Part shown: piece after piece, positions 1 to 14,200 of the stretch
Numbering within the stretch: the first letter of the stretch is position 1
Layout of the letters: each line of letters opens with the position of its first letter
Source of the DNA: Ophelia neglecta
Lineage: Eukaryota
Direction: 5' to 3'
NCBI GenBank assembly: GCA_965285935.1
Contig: OZ260665.1
Coordinates: 16,616,001 to 16,680,000 of the forward strand
DNA length: 64,000 nt
Notes under the pieces: generated by a model
The model's input: only the letters and a program-made list of their open reading frames with translations
Database searches by the model: none
What the model was told of the DNA's origin: nothing
Program-made: the position numbers and the translations under genes

Positions 1-990
1 CCGCAGAAATAGAACTCCGGCATATTTCTCCGCAAAACCGTCTCTTTGACCTGTGAAAGGTCAAGCAGTGGCGTTCTCGTTTACCTGCTCGACCAGCCAC
101 GATCTGGTATCGTCTGATTTGGCTAATTAGACATTTACACCTGCCACTCTGGCATAAAAGATGTCATTAGTTCAGGGCAGAATCACGAATGCTGCAGACG
201 ACACTGATTGTGGGAAAGACATGAAAGCTTGGGCCAACCAAACGGAATCTCCTAACGCCGAGACCATTAAACAGATGAAACCACTGGAAATTGTCAGACA
301 GAAAGAGGAATCCCATTTCTAATAATGCAGAAGTAGAATTAAAACAAAAATATTGAAATTAAAATGTCCATATCTTGACAAGACGGAAAAGACTGTACTT
401 CGAGATAGAGAAAAGAAGTGGAATCAAACTATCACGCATCTAAGACAATAGAACAACTATTAAGAAAACGTTCAGAATCTAATATTTAGTTCTAGCAAGA
501 ATTAGTGACTAAATCGATGTGGTCTATGCAAGTAGACTCGGTAACCTACTTGGAATATCGTCCACAAGTCAAATGTGCATCACAATGTTTTGTCACCACA
601 AAGAGGAAATTTTATTTCCGCACTTATAGAAATTTCTATACATGTATGTCTATTTCAAACAAAGTATTATTAAATGAAAACATATTTTTCTTATGAATTT
701 TAAAAACGCAAATTTTACTTCGTAGATATATCTGAGTTTAGTTGCCCATTTTGCACAATCCCGGACCTAACATCGACTGGGCATTCTTAACTCCATTAAT
801 GGTTTATTTATTATTACGGTTTAAACGATTATTGTGAGTTTGCAAACGCTTTTATTGTTATTTTTATCGCGGGTGTTTTGGAATTCAATCAATAAGAAAA
901 GAAGACTTTTATTCAAACTTAGCTTGTTTTTTTCTCACTCACATTGACAGCTAGGTGAGCTGAGTGGGACGTGGTCATGTTACCAGCGCT

Positions 991-1042
991 TACTGCCCCC
1001 TTACTGCCATTTCACTGCCCCCTCACTGCCCCCTCACTGCCC
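991..1042. repeat. 11-bp tandem repeat, ~5 copies
   Basis: Units (t/c)actgccccct repeated head-to-tail. Confidence 0.8.
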
Positions 1043-3645
1043 GCTTTATGGAGCTGTGGATAAAAAAATATTAAAAAGTCAAGCTGGTTCATTGACAAAA
1101 ATTAAAATACATGTAAAGACAAAAATAAGTACACGATAATCAATAGATATGTTAAAACGAGAAATAGTCTTAAAATTTTCTTGGCTGTTAAATGAATTAA
1201 GTTCATGTTTTATTTTAATAAAATGAAATTGGCATTTATATATGTTATACATTGAATACAAGGAGACCTGTCCGTTGTTCGAACCAGTCAGGCGGGCCCG
1301 TGCGAGAGCTAGACAAGTAAAATGTAATAAATATTCTACCTCCTCGTCCGAATTTGTCGCCGATTTATACAGCAATTCAATTTTGACGAGAGCCAAGCAA
1401 TTTTACTGAGTGTCACAGGGAAAAAAACAGAACTAAAACTAATCTGGTTGAAGTAAAAGATTGACATTTCGGCCCCTTTGCTGACAGTGGTAGGGAGTTT
1501 AGTGGCCCGGGGCCGGAGGGCGCAATAAGTCGGAGTGGGCTGTGTACTCCTCTAAATGACTCGGTTTTATCAGCTTTCCGGGCCGTCGAGCAGGGTGTGT
1601 GACTGACGAGGAAGGGGTCCAGGGTGGAGGGCTTGAGGAGGAGGGTGACGGGGAGGGTTAGGAGAGAGCGCGAGGGAGAAGCAGCGGGTCGAACAGGCCG
1701 AGCGAGGGGGTCGGAGGGGGCTGGGGACAGGGAGCTATAGGGTCGGAGGAGGCTACCACCGACCGCCTGTAATCCATTCACGGTAAGACCTCCCGTACGT
1801 GGGGAGGTCCTCGGCCCTCTGTCTCTCACGGCGTATTGGAGCTCAGCGGCCGGTAAATAGGCCTGTCAGGCCTGGTATTGATCCCCTCCAAGAGGGACAA
1901 TTACTACATGAACTGACATCCATGAGCTGACACAGGATCAGTTATATTCATGGAAAGTCCGACTCCGACGAACAGCTGTATACCTATATATATGTCTCAT
2001 AGACTGGGACCTATACAGGCCGATAGGGTTACATGGATTGGTCAGGCCAAATACCCCCACCCCACCCATCCCAACCTAGCTCTATTAATATACTACCTTA
2101 TGCTAGGCCTATAAATGTTCAAAAGATATTATCACAAAAGCCTCCATGAGTTTCATAAGCTGATGCATGTTCAGTGAAATATTTTATAGAAATTTGACTT
2201 AGAAATAACTAAGCGGCTTAGAATATTATATTAAATAAGTTTTCAGTTGTATTGTTTGGTAATAGATGTTGACTTAGATGGCTGTTATATAGGGATACTT
2301 TAGGTATTTAAATGAGAAGTTAATATTTCAATTTAATGGTTAAATCGTTTTATCTCGTATTATTTGCACTCTGTTTCGCTAGTTTCAATTTACATTATCA
2401 GACACACAAGCGGTGGGTTAAAACTCCGGCCACCCTAACCATCCCACAGCCCTGTGTGCCAAGTGCTATTCTAAAGAGGAAAATAAAATTGAAATAATAT
2501 CAATTTTAGGCGCTAACAAAAATTCAGACGTATCTACTCTGCTCTGAATAAAAATTAAATCGAATAGGTACCAGCAGGGAAAATTGTACCGCTACGAATA
2601 ACAATTGTAAACTGACAGGGCTTACAAGACTAAAGAATTTCCACAAATAAATACATAAATACATGTAGTTAACTTTAATAATAAAAAAGATAACGAAAAT
2701 ATCCTGTTCAAAATGGATATTATAATTCTGACTGCGTGTGAAGAACCAGATAGGCTTACGTAGACATAATCCTATTGTGTCGAATAATTTACTTTAGAAC
2801 ACTTTATATGATTTAATATTCTTTGACATTTGATAAGGCCTTTAGTAACGACAATTTTCTTCTATAGCACAGCACAGTTAAATGCTATTTTTCTATTTCT
2901 TTGTTGTATTAAAAGCCTACTTTTCTTTCAAATTTTCTTCGTTTAAAAATTGAAATTGATTGAACGTACGTCAATATACTAGTCAGTGTCGAACTTACAT
3001 GTTGACTCTATCAGAGGTAAACAGTTATATCGCCTTTTTTTTCCCCAGCGACAGTCATAGAACACAATTCAAATCGAGGCCTGATGTCGAGCTTATTTCC
3101 ACTTAAAGTTTTAAACTACTAATAAAACTTGAACACTAATGTCTAGATCATTTTGCCTGCGACTGGCAACTAGGAAATGGAATTCCAACACGCATATGGT
3201 GTATAAACGTAAATCTAACGGTGGACATTAATTTCTAAGTCAGTCATTATAAGGCTGTTTGGGATTTGTTCATGTGAATTTCTCACGCACAGCTCCCTCG
3301 TGCATTCTGTGCACAGTCGTCTGCGAAATGGCAAATTGATCTCAGCTATAAAATATCTAATTCAGTCATTTACTTATAGAGGTTGATGCAGTAGCATTTT
3401 CTGTTTGAGTGATTTTTCACGGGGGTCTGGGCGGGGGGGGGGGGGGGGGGTGGGGGGGTCGAGGGGGGTCATCTGTGTGTCCCCAGCCGGATCGATAGCT
3501 GATAAACCTAAGGACAAAAGTGAATTATTAAGAATCATAAGTTGATGGATAGTGATATTTTAAGACTCGGACCGACCATCGCGTATTGACAATCTCGTTT
3601 TCTCCTGGTAAATAGATATACCCGATTATAAACAATAAAAATTGC

Positions 3646-3728
3646 GAGAGAAAGAGAGAAAGAGAGAGAGAGACAGACAAACACAGAGACAGAGAGACAG
3701 AGACAGAGAGAGGGAGAGAGACAGAGAG
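3646..3728. repeat. Imperfect (GA)n/GACA microsatellite
   Basis: Purine-rich gagaga/gacaga run. Confidence 0.9.
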
Positions 3729-6582
3729 GGGGGATGAGATTTTCGTAAAATAGGCCTATTAACATTTTATTTCGACTGTATAGGGGGTCGATTTTTGTAG
3801 TGAGCCCCTTACAATGTGTTATCCCCATTATCCTCCTCTCCACAGGGGAAGTGTTGTCAGTGTTAGGCTTAAAATGATAATTTCTCCAGGATCACCATGG
3901 GCAGAGATATGCCAGGCCGAAGGATGAGAGTCTATAGTGACCCCCATGGTAGATTGTCACCCTTGTCACCATGGGTGGTGATGTATGGCCCCCTATCTCA
4001 TCTTGACCGCCTCCCCCTTCCTGGGAGAGAGGGTCGGGGGGCTTGGAAGAGGCCCCATTCCTTCTCAGTGTTATATCGCCCCTGACCCCCTAACTCCTTC
4101 CTGGGAGAGCGGCTCGGGGTACTACTGTGACCCGCCCTGACCCCGGGTACCCACGGGGGTAACTGATTCAACACCCGGTCTCACCCTCCTCCATAGAGAT
4201 GTCAGCCCCCTCTCACACCCTAAACACTCTTTGTGTGTCACCAATAGATTGAACTGGTTGGGGAGGTTCCCATGTCGTCTCCGTTAGCAATACATCATTC
4301 CCGCGGCGCTCCGGGATCCCACAGCCAACCAATCTAAATACAACGCTTGTTTGAGTGGACAGCTGGTCAGCTCTGGTGACAAATGACATTCAAGTAGGGA
4401 CAGTCGACCCTCGAGGGCCCGGCCTGGCCGCCATCATCCTCGGCCGCCAATCTGCCAACCATATCACTTGATTTCCATCGACCTCCTTCCAATAATTAAT
4501 CGACATCCATGCATGACAAGTGGCCACGGTTCGTCCATGCTAAGCAGTCAGCGTAGGGGGTTAATACCCCCCAACCCCCCTCGGACTAGCAACATAATAC
4601 CCCCCTCGTAGCGGGGAACAATAATATTCATAAACTCGAAATACGAATGCTTGGCCCAGAATAAAATGTCGTCTGCTCAGGCACCAGATGTCAATGTTTC
4701 TTGGGCAAATAGGCAACGAAATTAGTCTGGATACAAACTTGTGAAAATATAATTTAACACCCAATTAATTTTCATCCAAACGTCAATTTATGTTCCTTTG
4801 TTTGATACAATTTGACAGTTAATCGTTCAAATGAAAACTGTAAGAACATTATTAGCAGAACAAGAGGAAATAAAAATTAGCCGAAAACCAAGAACCGTTG
4901 TTAAATAACTCACAAAATAACTGTATTGGAAATATAATTTCTGATCCAAAAACAATAAAAAAAAAAATTAACTCATTTTATGCTTGGTATGTATCGGAGA
5001 GTTAGCTTTTACCAATTTGAGAAAACAAGGAGGGAAAATATTGAAGCCCATGCATATTATATAGGTTATGTAGAATTAATCGGACAGTCATTTCTTTTCA
5101 ATACGAAAATAAATAAAAGAAAGGTAAGCTATAGACGCCATTATAAAAATAGATCTTAGACGGTCGTGTTTTGAATAAAAAATATTACTGTAATAATATT
5201 AATATAGTTTTCATTTATATTGACGTATTTTTCAACATAATTTAATGAAAAAATGCCAGTTATTTGCGCAGGTTTTAATTTTCTTAGAATATCCCCTTCA
5301 CCGCCGACGTGGCTGACATTTTATCAATTGCTAACAATGGTAGTTATGTACAAGCCGATAAATCTCCCGCCCACTAATACCACTGACAATAAGACGGTGA
5401 GGTGTCACCGAGCGAACTATTTAAGTCTGCGCACGTATCTATTATCAGCTCTGTTCGCGGCCCGCTAACCCCCTGCCCCGGCTGGGGGTGGGGGTGGGGG
5501 CAGCTCTGACACTAGGGTAATACCCTATTTGCCCCCGATTCCTAGGTGACATCAGACCTCTACAAAGCTAGGGCGACCCTCACCCCCGGGGTTACAAAAA
5601 CATGACAGTTCGTGCCTAACACTTCATCAGGCAAGCCCTTTATAAAACCACTATACAATGTGCACCAAACTTCAAACAGATTATCAGCGTAGACCACGGT
5701 TTTCATGGTGGCTTTCTCTCTTGATCTTTGTTCGCTGAGAAGAACAAGGAGCTTGGCTTTGGTGCAGCCACATGACTTCTTTTTCTTCACCTTTGTCTCT
5801 TCCCTTGCCCTCTATGATTCTTCTTTGTTACCGATGCATTGTGTTCTCTTGAACCGTGCATATTTTGATGTCAACGCACGTATTATCGCCCTCAAAGACT
5901 TCGTGCAGAATAATATCAAAGTATTAATAACAGGCGTGCACAGCGGCCTCCCGCTTACATCGTCGATAAAAACAGCGGGGGCTAATGATTTGGTTCAGAC
6001 AAAAAACTGAGATGTCTATTAGGTAATATGCTCTCAAGTTTAGGGACCAAAGAGCCGAAGGTAGTTCAAACTACACCAGTCAAATGACGTCCGGATAAGA
6101 TCTACTAAAAACAGAGATTGTGTTGTAAATCGAGACAAGGGTTTTGTTAGGGCGCGAACTCTTGATCTGTTCATCAATAACTGCGTTCAGGTTCTGAGTA
6201 GGCAAACAGCGGGTTATCATAGGAAGGGAAGTCGATTTGGACGGATTGTCGTCTGCTCGGGAGGTGTGGCGCGCTATTTACCCGCGGTCTCGTTCAATAC
6301 AGGGTGTGTCAGCGGGTGTTGTCCCGCCATCGATCCAGACTTAACATGGCATCTCATATCTGTTTGTCCGCCTGTCTGTTCGTCTGTCGGTACGATTGTC
6401 TATCAGTCTCCACGGCCTATAGCAGCCCGGCTTTAGTTCACCAGTTTTAAATCCGCGGTCGATACTTTTGACAGACGATCGCGATGTTTTTGTACGGAGC
6501 CCGCTGTAATTCCCACTGTCATCCAAAACATTCTTTTCCAAGGTCGTCACCGAAGATATGAAATCTGAACACCAACATTTCT

Positions 6583-6618
6583 CAGCCGTGACGTCAGGCA
6601 GCCGTGACGTCAGGCAGC
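6583..6618. promoter_or_regulatory. 16-bp tandem duplication carrying two full CRE palindromes (TGACGTCA)
   Basis: cagccgtgacgtcagg x2; TGACGTCA at 6589-6596 and 6605-6612. Motif is certain, function is not shown. Confidence 0.35.
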
Positions 6619-6900
6619 GTCTGCAGGATTACCCTGGACGCTAAATAAGTTTAACAAAGCAAAAAACGAATAAAGAAAAATCAGCATTAAGGATAAATTG
6701 ACAATGTCCAAAATGGAGTTCTCCGCAAGCCTGCTTTGAGCGATATTAGGGGATATTCGCCGCTTAAGACATATAACTTAATGGCTTATTCATTTATGAA
6801 GGTAGAATGATATAACCCTACATTAATCTCGCAAACAGCAGATTAAGCTTAGGCCACCCTATCTCTTATGTGTTTTTTTTGTTTTTGTTTTTTTTTGGGG

Positions 6901-7171
6901 CGGGGGCGGGGGGGGGGGGGGTTACTAACCCTGGATATTGGTCAAACGGAGCGGATTCGTGAAACGAGTGCGTTGAATATATTTTTGATCAAAAATAAGG
7001 GTTAAAAAGAGCAGTTTTCTCGAAAGCAAGGGCCGAAAGAACGGTTTGCTTGAAAACAAGGGTCTAAAACGGCGCACATAGCTTTAAAATGGGGGGACTA
7101 AAAAGACGGAGCATACCCGTATGGCAAACTATAGGGAGTATCCCCCCTCCCCCCCCCCCCCCCCCCCCGGG
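6901..7171. mobile_element. Degenerate CCC(G)n-terminated MITE (CMC/EnSpm-like non-autonomous element)
   Basis: Left poly-G+ttact, right gagtat+poly-C+cccggg; internal ~30-bp subrepeats (aaa.aaggg..aaa); same design as 20671-21020. Left end degraded. Confidence 0.5.
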
Positions 7172-8004
7172 ACTCCTCCATCCAACTGGGGATAACGGGT
7201 TTCCTCCCAGCGACTTAACACATGTATTCACAACCTATATTGTGTTTTACAATTTTTATGCCCAGCCAGAGTCATGCGAGGTTGGCCGCAGTTTCGAATC
7301 TTTGAAGTTGTCATGATTTAAAACAGTGCTCGCCGTGTGCCACTATTTTCGCAGTTTTATAACTTAGCTGAAGCTGCAACATACTATTTCAATTCCATGA
7401 TTGATACTTTTTGCTGGTTTTAGATAAGCTTTTTTGTTGTATTAATTTTTACAGCAACGGCGAAAAATTATGATCTCAGTGCTGCATAATACAGAGCTTT
7501 AAAACTCGAAAGAGACCAAGTTTATTTTCGAAATATCACTACGCCGGTAATTCTGATACTTGACGTTTTCATGACATCAAAGCAGTCGTTATTGTTTATT
7601 TTGGTATTTCATGGAGACTTTCCGAGCAGTAACTTCTAATTTGATTTCTTTCACCCTCTAACAAATAGAGACATGTTATATTGGAGAAATGTAAAGTCAC
7701 GAGAAATGTCGTTGAAGGCTGGCTCCTCGGTAAATGCCTGCAGGTGAAAGAATAATTTCAGCAAAGATTTGGGTCGATTCCTACTGTTTTATAACGAAAT
7801 AAACTAATAACAATAGTTTTAACCTGCCTGATAACTATGTTCCTTCTTCTGGATTATTTTGAATAAGAACTTGGATGTTTTGAAAAAAGGTTTGGTTCAA
7901 GGAGATAGATTACTCACAAAAGGTTTAATTGCCATTTTTACTCAGAGGGCGCCATACGCTGCATATTGTGGCACGGTAGAAAAATATATAGAGAAAAATA
8001 GTAG

Positions 8005-8205
8005 NNNNNNNNNNNNNNNNNNNNNNNNNNNNNNNNNNNNNNNNNNNNNNNNNNNNNNNNNNNNNNNNNNNNNNNNNNNNNNNNNNNNNNNNNNNNNNNN
8101 NNNNNNNNNNNNNNNNNNNNNNNNNNNNNNNNNNNNNNNNNNNNNNNNNNNNNNNNNNNNNNNNNNNNNNNNNNNNNNNNNNNNNNNNNNNNNNNNNNNN
8201 NNNNN
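8005..8205. other. Assembly gap (~200 N)
   Basis: Run of N; true distance across the gap is unknown. Confidence 0.99.
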
Positions 8206-8469
8206 CTGGATTTTTTAAAACCTTCTGAAAAAACTGGACTTTATGATTTTAAGTTGTTTACAGCACATTTCAGCAAAGAATCAAACTTATTTATTCGCCT
8301 GTAGACAATTTTCGACATAATAAATCCACCAATGAATTTGGTCGCATTTCTGTCTGTCAGCCTGCAGATTCATTGATTTAGAGCAATTATTTTCGCCGGG
8401 TTTAGATTGTGACTTTCACCTTTGTCAACACATTTGATTTCATTCGAGGGATTATCCTGTTGCTATATA

Positions 8470-8646
8470 CAGTGAAACCTGCCTAAAAGACCACCTCCTT
8501 AATCAGACCACCTGCCAATTCAGACAACTTATATGAGGACCATGCCCTATGCTTTTAATGTAAAATAACCTGTCTAAACAGACCAACTCCGAAATCAGAC
8601 CAGTATTTCCAGTCCCTTTGGTGGTCTTAATTCACAGGATTCACTG
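8470..8646. mobile_element. Tc1/mariner-pogo-type MITE, family 1 (AGACCAC type)
   Basis: TA|cagtgaaacctg ... caggattcactg|TA; 177 bp; repeated agaccac motifs. Confidence 0.92.
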
Positions 8647-9774
8647 TACATTACATATTAAGGGCGTCGACTTTAGTGGCACCTAGGCCTATTAGCTATA
8701 CTCGATATGAACCTATACTGGAAAACCTATACAGGGAGAGATATGGGACCTGAACCCTTATAAATGGTGAAGCCAAATTCACGCCTCGTGCATGGAGAGT
8801 TAAACCTACCACACTGTGTCCTGCAATAAACCAGCCCTATATATACCGCCGTCCCCATCACTGAAACATTTCTATTAGGCCCAATAGGTTCCCAACAATC
8901 AGCTCGATATTTTACAACAGTCTTGTCAAACTTCTGTGGCCTTTACCAAATAATGACAGGAATTGCTTCGGTACAGACCCTGATATGACTACAGTTGCTA
9001 TCTGTGGCTGGCGGTGGCATAGGTTGGCTAAATATCAATCTATATTGAAATATTGAGGTGTCTGTGGAGATCCGGGCTGGGTATGTCCGTGATCCGGCCT
9101 AATCCCCCGGGAGCGTCCCCGCCAATCCTCGGAGGCTCGCCGTCAATCCGCCAGTGATGAGGTATCATCCCGGCTTGACCCCTGCGGCCCGGGATATCCC
9201 TAGGGATCAGGGCCCGGGGGATTGGACTCTCTCCCCGCGGCCTGGAGGCTCTCCTCCCCGGTCTCCAGGCTGGGCGGACATGTTCCTGGGCGGTAGGACC
9301 CCCGACTTATACCCGCCCAGGATTGGATAGGCCACACTCGTACCAAGAATTCCATTTGAGAGAGGAGTAGGAAATCTTTCAAACTTATCCTGGCATTCCC
9401 TTTTTTAAGTTTCCGGGTGACTTATTTACTAATTTAATACAATTTATGTCATGTATGCGTCATAGAGCCCTTCCCTTTGCCGCCCCTTTTCTCCGCTGCT
9501 CGAGATAGCCCTGCTCCCTAGGTGTCCCAGTACCACCCCCCCCCCCCCCCCCCCGCTTACCCCTTCCCCCTGAAATAAGCAACCTTTTCATCAATGTACA
9601 CATGCCTTCCCGGTGTTTCAAAAGAACACAATACTAGGTCTGGGGTGTATGGGAGAGAGGGGGGGGGGCGTAGGGTCCCGAGGGTCTTTCCCCTCTAGAT
9701 TACATAATCTAGAGGCTCTCGAAGGAGAGGCACCGAAGCCCCTTGGGCCCTTTTAACTCTAGGCTTCATCAGGA

Positions 9775-10373
9775 TCCGGAGCTCCCTGGGCCCTCTAAAC
9801 CCCTGAGGTCCGGGCCTCCCTGGGTCCTCTAAACCCCTGTGCTCCGGAGCCTCCTGGGCCCTCTAAACCCCGGAGCTCCGGAGCTCCCTCGGCCCTCTAA
9901 ACCCCTGAGCTCCGGAGCTCCCTGAGCCCTCTAAACCCCTGAGCTCCGGAGCCTCCTGGGCCCTCTAAACCCCTGAGCTCCGTAGCTCCCTGGCCCTCTA
10001 AACCCCTTAGGGCCGGAGCTCCCTGGGCCCTCTAAACCCCTGAGCTCCGGAGCTCCCTGGGCCCTCTAAACCCCTTAGGGCCGTAGCTTCCTGGGCCCTC
10101 TAAACCCCTGAGCTCCGGAGCTCCCTCGGCCCTCTAAACCCCTGAGCTCCGGAGCTCCCTCGGCCCTCTAAACCCCTGAGCTCCGGAGCTCCCTCGGCCC
10201 TCTAAACCCCTGAGCTCCGGAGCTCCCTCGGCCCTCTAAACCACTGAGCTTCGGAGCTCCCTCGGCCCTCTAAACCCCTGAGCGTCGGAGCTCCCTAAAC
10301 CCCTGAACTTCGGAGCCTCATGGGCCTCCTATATCCCTGATGTCCGGAGCTCCCTGGGCCCTCTAAACCCCTG
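9775..10373. repeat. 34-bp minisatellite, ~18 copies
   Basis: Unit gggccctctaaacccctgagctccggagctccct; contains the 14-bp palindrome gagctccggagctc. Confidence 0.95.
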
Positions 10374-10935
10374 CCTTGTTCTAGATCTAACCAGGGCAAT
10401 AACCAAAAATTTGATTCCGTGTGGTGGAGGCAATAAGTCGAGGGGAAACACCTGTTTATCCCTTGTGGGAGTAACTCAAATGGAGTTTAAACCAATTCTA
10501 AAACCAAAATTACACCAATAGAGATACCACAGCCACCGCAAGAGCCACAGGAACCACGTGACCACAGCGCTTTGTAAACGGGGGAAATAGAAAGGTTAAA
10601 AAATGGCCAGCCCACCTGTCAGCTTTCAACCAAAGTATAATGATTCTTTGTTCAAATTGAAGACCCTCGTGACACGTGGAAAAACGATAAGAATGGGGTG
10701 TCCAACAAGCAATTGAATCAAATCGTCTGGCAACAATAAATAAACAATAATTCATCTCATATGTCAACAATTATCATGATTTGTTTGAGGAAAATTCTGG
10801 AATCTAAATATAAGCAGACAGTTCAGACATGTCAGGATTACCGAATGCAAGTTTAGGTATATCTAATAATCTTTTCTGACTGAAAAACCTAACTAAGAAT
10901 TTATATTAACTAAAATAACTATTGGTTTTTTGACA

Positions 10936-11092
10936 GCCTTTTACCGCCAAACAATTCGATAATTCTCCGGTATACCCCTATGTACTCAATGATCATTTTA
11001 AGTGAGCCTTTCGCCGCCAAACAATACGATAATTGCCGCCAAAAAATACGATAATTCTTCGGTGTATGCCTATATACTCAATGTTCATTTTT
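10936..11092. repeat. Diverged local tandem duplication
   Basis: ccgccaaacaat(t/a)cgataatt x3 and tactcaatg(a/t)tcatttt x2. Confidence 0.7.
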
Positions 11093-11232
11093 TGCCCGTA
11101 CAATTTCACTAATAAAACTGAACCCAATTGAACAATGTTCGTTCGTACTGCCTGCAGTAACCGTTATTCCTTCTAGGCCTGTGTTGTCAATGTAACCTTA
11201 TTAATTCTGCCTGTAAACTAGCCAATACATTA

Positions 11233-14200
11233 AGCAACGTAAAGTTGGCTCCCGGTTCACGGTTCACGGTTCATTATTCAGATTCAGCTGAATAAGGAAC
11301 TGGGTGTAAAGTTGGACCATTATTCCAGTTCCTAGTTCATTATTCGCGATGAAATTTTTGTTACAGGTTATAGCGTTTTCTAGGCATTTTACCTTCCGGA
11401 GATCATTTCTACACGGTTAATTTACAAGTTTTTTCCCGAATTTTTGACCGCCTCCTTGTTATTCACCGAGTTTTCTACCCCCTTCGGACCTCCCGGCCTT
11501 ACCGGCAGCGCTGGGTGAGCTGGAGGCTCCAGCACCCTCGGTGAATAATGAACCGTGAACCGGGAGCTGCCAGTTCCTAGTTCATTATTCGTCGAGAAAA
11601 TTTTGCTACGGGTAATCATGTTTTCTAGGCGTTCAACCGTCCGGGGATCATTACTAGACGGTCAATTTTGCACGCCTTTTCTCGGGACTATCTACCCCCC
11701 TCGGACCTCCCGCTCTTACCGGCACAGCTGGGGTAAAGCTTCTGGCCCCTGACCCTGTGCATTCTCGAGAATTTTCTTCCACGCTACTCGGTCCATCCTA
11801 ACAAATACGTTTAAACTAACTTTCTTTCATCCAAAAATGTCTTGTCTCGGCCTTTCAGCTCACCAGAATCACTTCTAGTTGTGTGATTTTCATGTTTCAT
11901 TCAACGAGTTTTCTACCCCCTCGGACCTCCCGGCCTTACCGGCAGCGCTGGGTGAGCTGGCGGCTCCAGCACCCTCGGTGAATAATGAACCGTGAACCGG
12001 GAGCTGCCAGTTCCTAGTTCATTATTCGTCGAGAAAATTTTGCCAAGGGTAATCATGTTTTCTAGCCGTTTAGCCCTCTGGGGATTATTACTAGACGGTC
12101 AATTTTGCACGCCTTTTCTCGGAACTATCTACCCCCCTCGGACCTCCCGCTCTTACCGGCAGCGCTGGGTGAGCTGCCGGCTCCAGCACCCTCGGCGAAT
12201 AATGAACCGTGAACCGGGAGCTGCCAGTTCCTAGTTCATTATTTGTCGAGAAAATTTTGCCAAGTGTAATCATGTTTTCTAGCCGTTTAATCCTCCGGGG
12301 ATCATTACTAGACGGTCAATTTTGGACGCCTTTTCTCGGAACTATCTACCCCCCTCGGACCTCCCGCTCTTACCGGCAGCGCTGGGTGGGCTGCCGGCTC
12401 CAGCACCCTCGGCGAATAATGAACCGTGAACCGGGAGCTGCCAGTTCCTAGTTCATTATTCATCGAGAAAATTTTGCCAAGGGTAATCATTTTTTCTAGT
12501 CGTTTAATCCTCCGGGGATCATTACTAGACGGTCAATTAAATACTTTTTCCTCGGAACTATCTACCCCCCTCGGACCTCCTGGTCTTACCGGTAGCGCTG
12601 GGTGAGCTGCCGGCTCCAGCACCCTCGGCGAATAATGAACCGTGAACCGGGAGCTGCCAGTTCCCAGTTCATTATTCGTCGAGAAAATTTTGTAATAGTG
12701 TTTTCTATGACTTTTATCTTCCGGGAATCATATCTACACCATCAATTTTATACTTTTTCCTCGCAACTATCTACCCCCCTCGGACCTCCTGGCCTTACCG
12801 ACAGAGCTGGGTGAGCTGCCGGCTCCAGCACCGTCGGCGAATAATGAACCGTGAACCGGGTGCTGCCAGTTCCTAGTTCATTATTCGAAATAAACCTACC
12901 AACCTAAATCTAAGCACACAGTATCACTATTTATGACCCCTAGTGATCATTTCTGGTCAAAAATAATCAATTCCGGCGACTCTAGCACAATGTCGCCCAT
13001 TGGAAGTTGAGGGGAAATGGCCGCCAGCCGAGTTCAGAGTAGGTAGAAAATTTGCGGGGAAAAGCATGCCTTCCCGGCGGCGCCCGGTAGGCAATCCCGG
13101 CTATAGCGGCCTCTTGCCCCTCAATTTTGGAGAGTTGAATAGTGGCCTTAAATTTCTGGTGGATTGCGAGGTTTGACAATTTACTTGTTTGATCGATTTG
13201 GATTTCCAATTGGCGAAATAAGCCCAAAAATCGCCGAATTTTGTAATTTTTGGGCCGGAACTTTGTTTTTGGGGTCATGGAGAGTTGAATGGTGACCTTA
13301 AATTCGGGTGGATTGCGTAGTTTGGCCATTTACTTATTCGATTTTGATTTTCATTGGGCGAAAATGGGCCAAAAATCGCCGAATTTCAAGTTTGTTTGGG
13401 CCGGAAATGTACTTTGGAGATGGAATAAGTTTGATTCAGCTAGTTTAAGAGTTATATTTTTTGGATAGTTTTTTGAATAAGGAACTGTGGATTCGAATGA
13501 GGAACTGGCTAGTTCCTAGTTCCTAGTTCGACTTTGTATTTCCAAAGAAGCAAATAATGGTAAAAAGTCGCGTTGGCTTTGTGTCTAATGATCTGGTAGG
13601 TACACGGGTACTAGTCTTTTATAGGCGTCTCACGCTCCCAGGATCATTTCTATAGGTGGCCAATTTTGCATGTATTTCCCGCAAATTTTACTCCCCCTCC
13701 GACCTCTTGGCCTTCCCGGTGGCACCCGGTAAGCTATCCCGGCTGGCGGCCTCTTCCCCTCAACCCTCAATTGTAAAAAATGGGCCAAAATTCGCCGAAT
13801 TTTGTAATTTTTGGGTCAGATATTTGTTAAAGAGGTCAAGGAGAGTTGAATGGTGGCCTTAGATTTTGGGGGAAACGCGTAGTTTAGCCTTTCCTTATTC
13901 GATTTTGATTTTCAATGGGCGAAAATGGGACAAAAAACGCCGAATTTCGTTATTTTTTGGCCAGAAATTTGTTTTCGGGGTCACGGAGAGCTGAATGGTG
14001 GCCTTAAATTTTGGGTGGATTGCGTAGTTTTGCCATTTACTTATTCGATTTTGATTTCCAATGGGCGAAAATGGGCCATAAATCGCCGAATTTCAAGTTT
14101 GTTTGGGCCGGAAATGTACTTTGGAGATGGAATAAGTTTGATTCAGCTAGTTTTAGAGTTATATTTTTTGGATAGTTTTTTGAATAAGGAACTGTGGATT

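Noticed and set aside
46-64. Everted nuclear-receptor half sites ttgacct-n5-aggtcaa
   Set aside because: A single short dyad; such half sites are common, and there is no further support.
161-322. 53-aa ORF MSLVQGRITNAADD...EESHF
   Set aside because: Protein-like composition, but short, unrecognised and without supporting signals.
7859-8218. ORF spanning the gap
   Set aside because: Its length is due to N codons.
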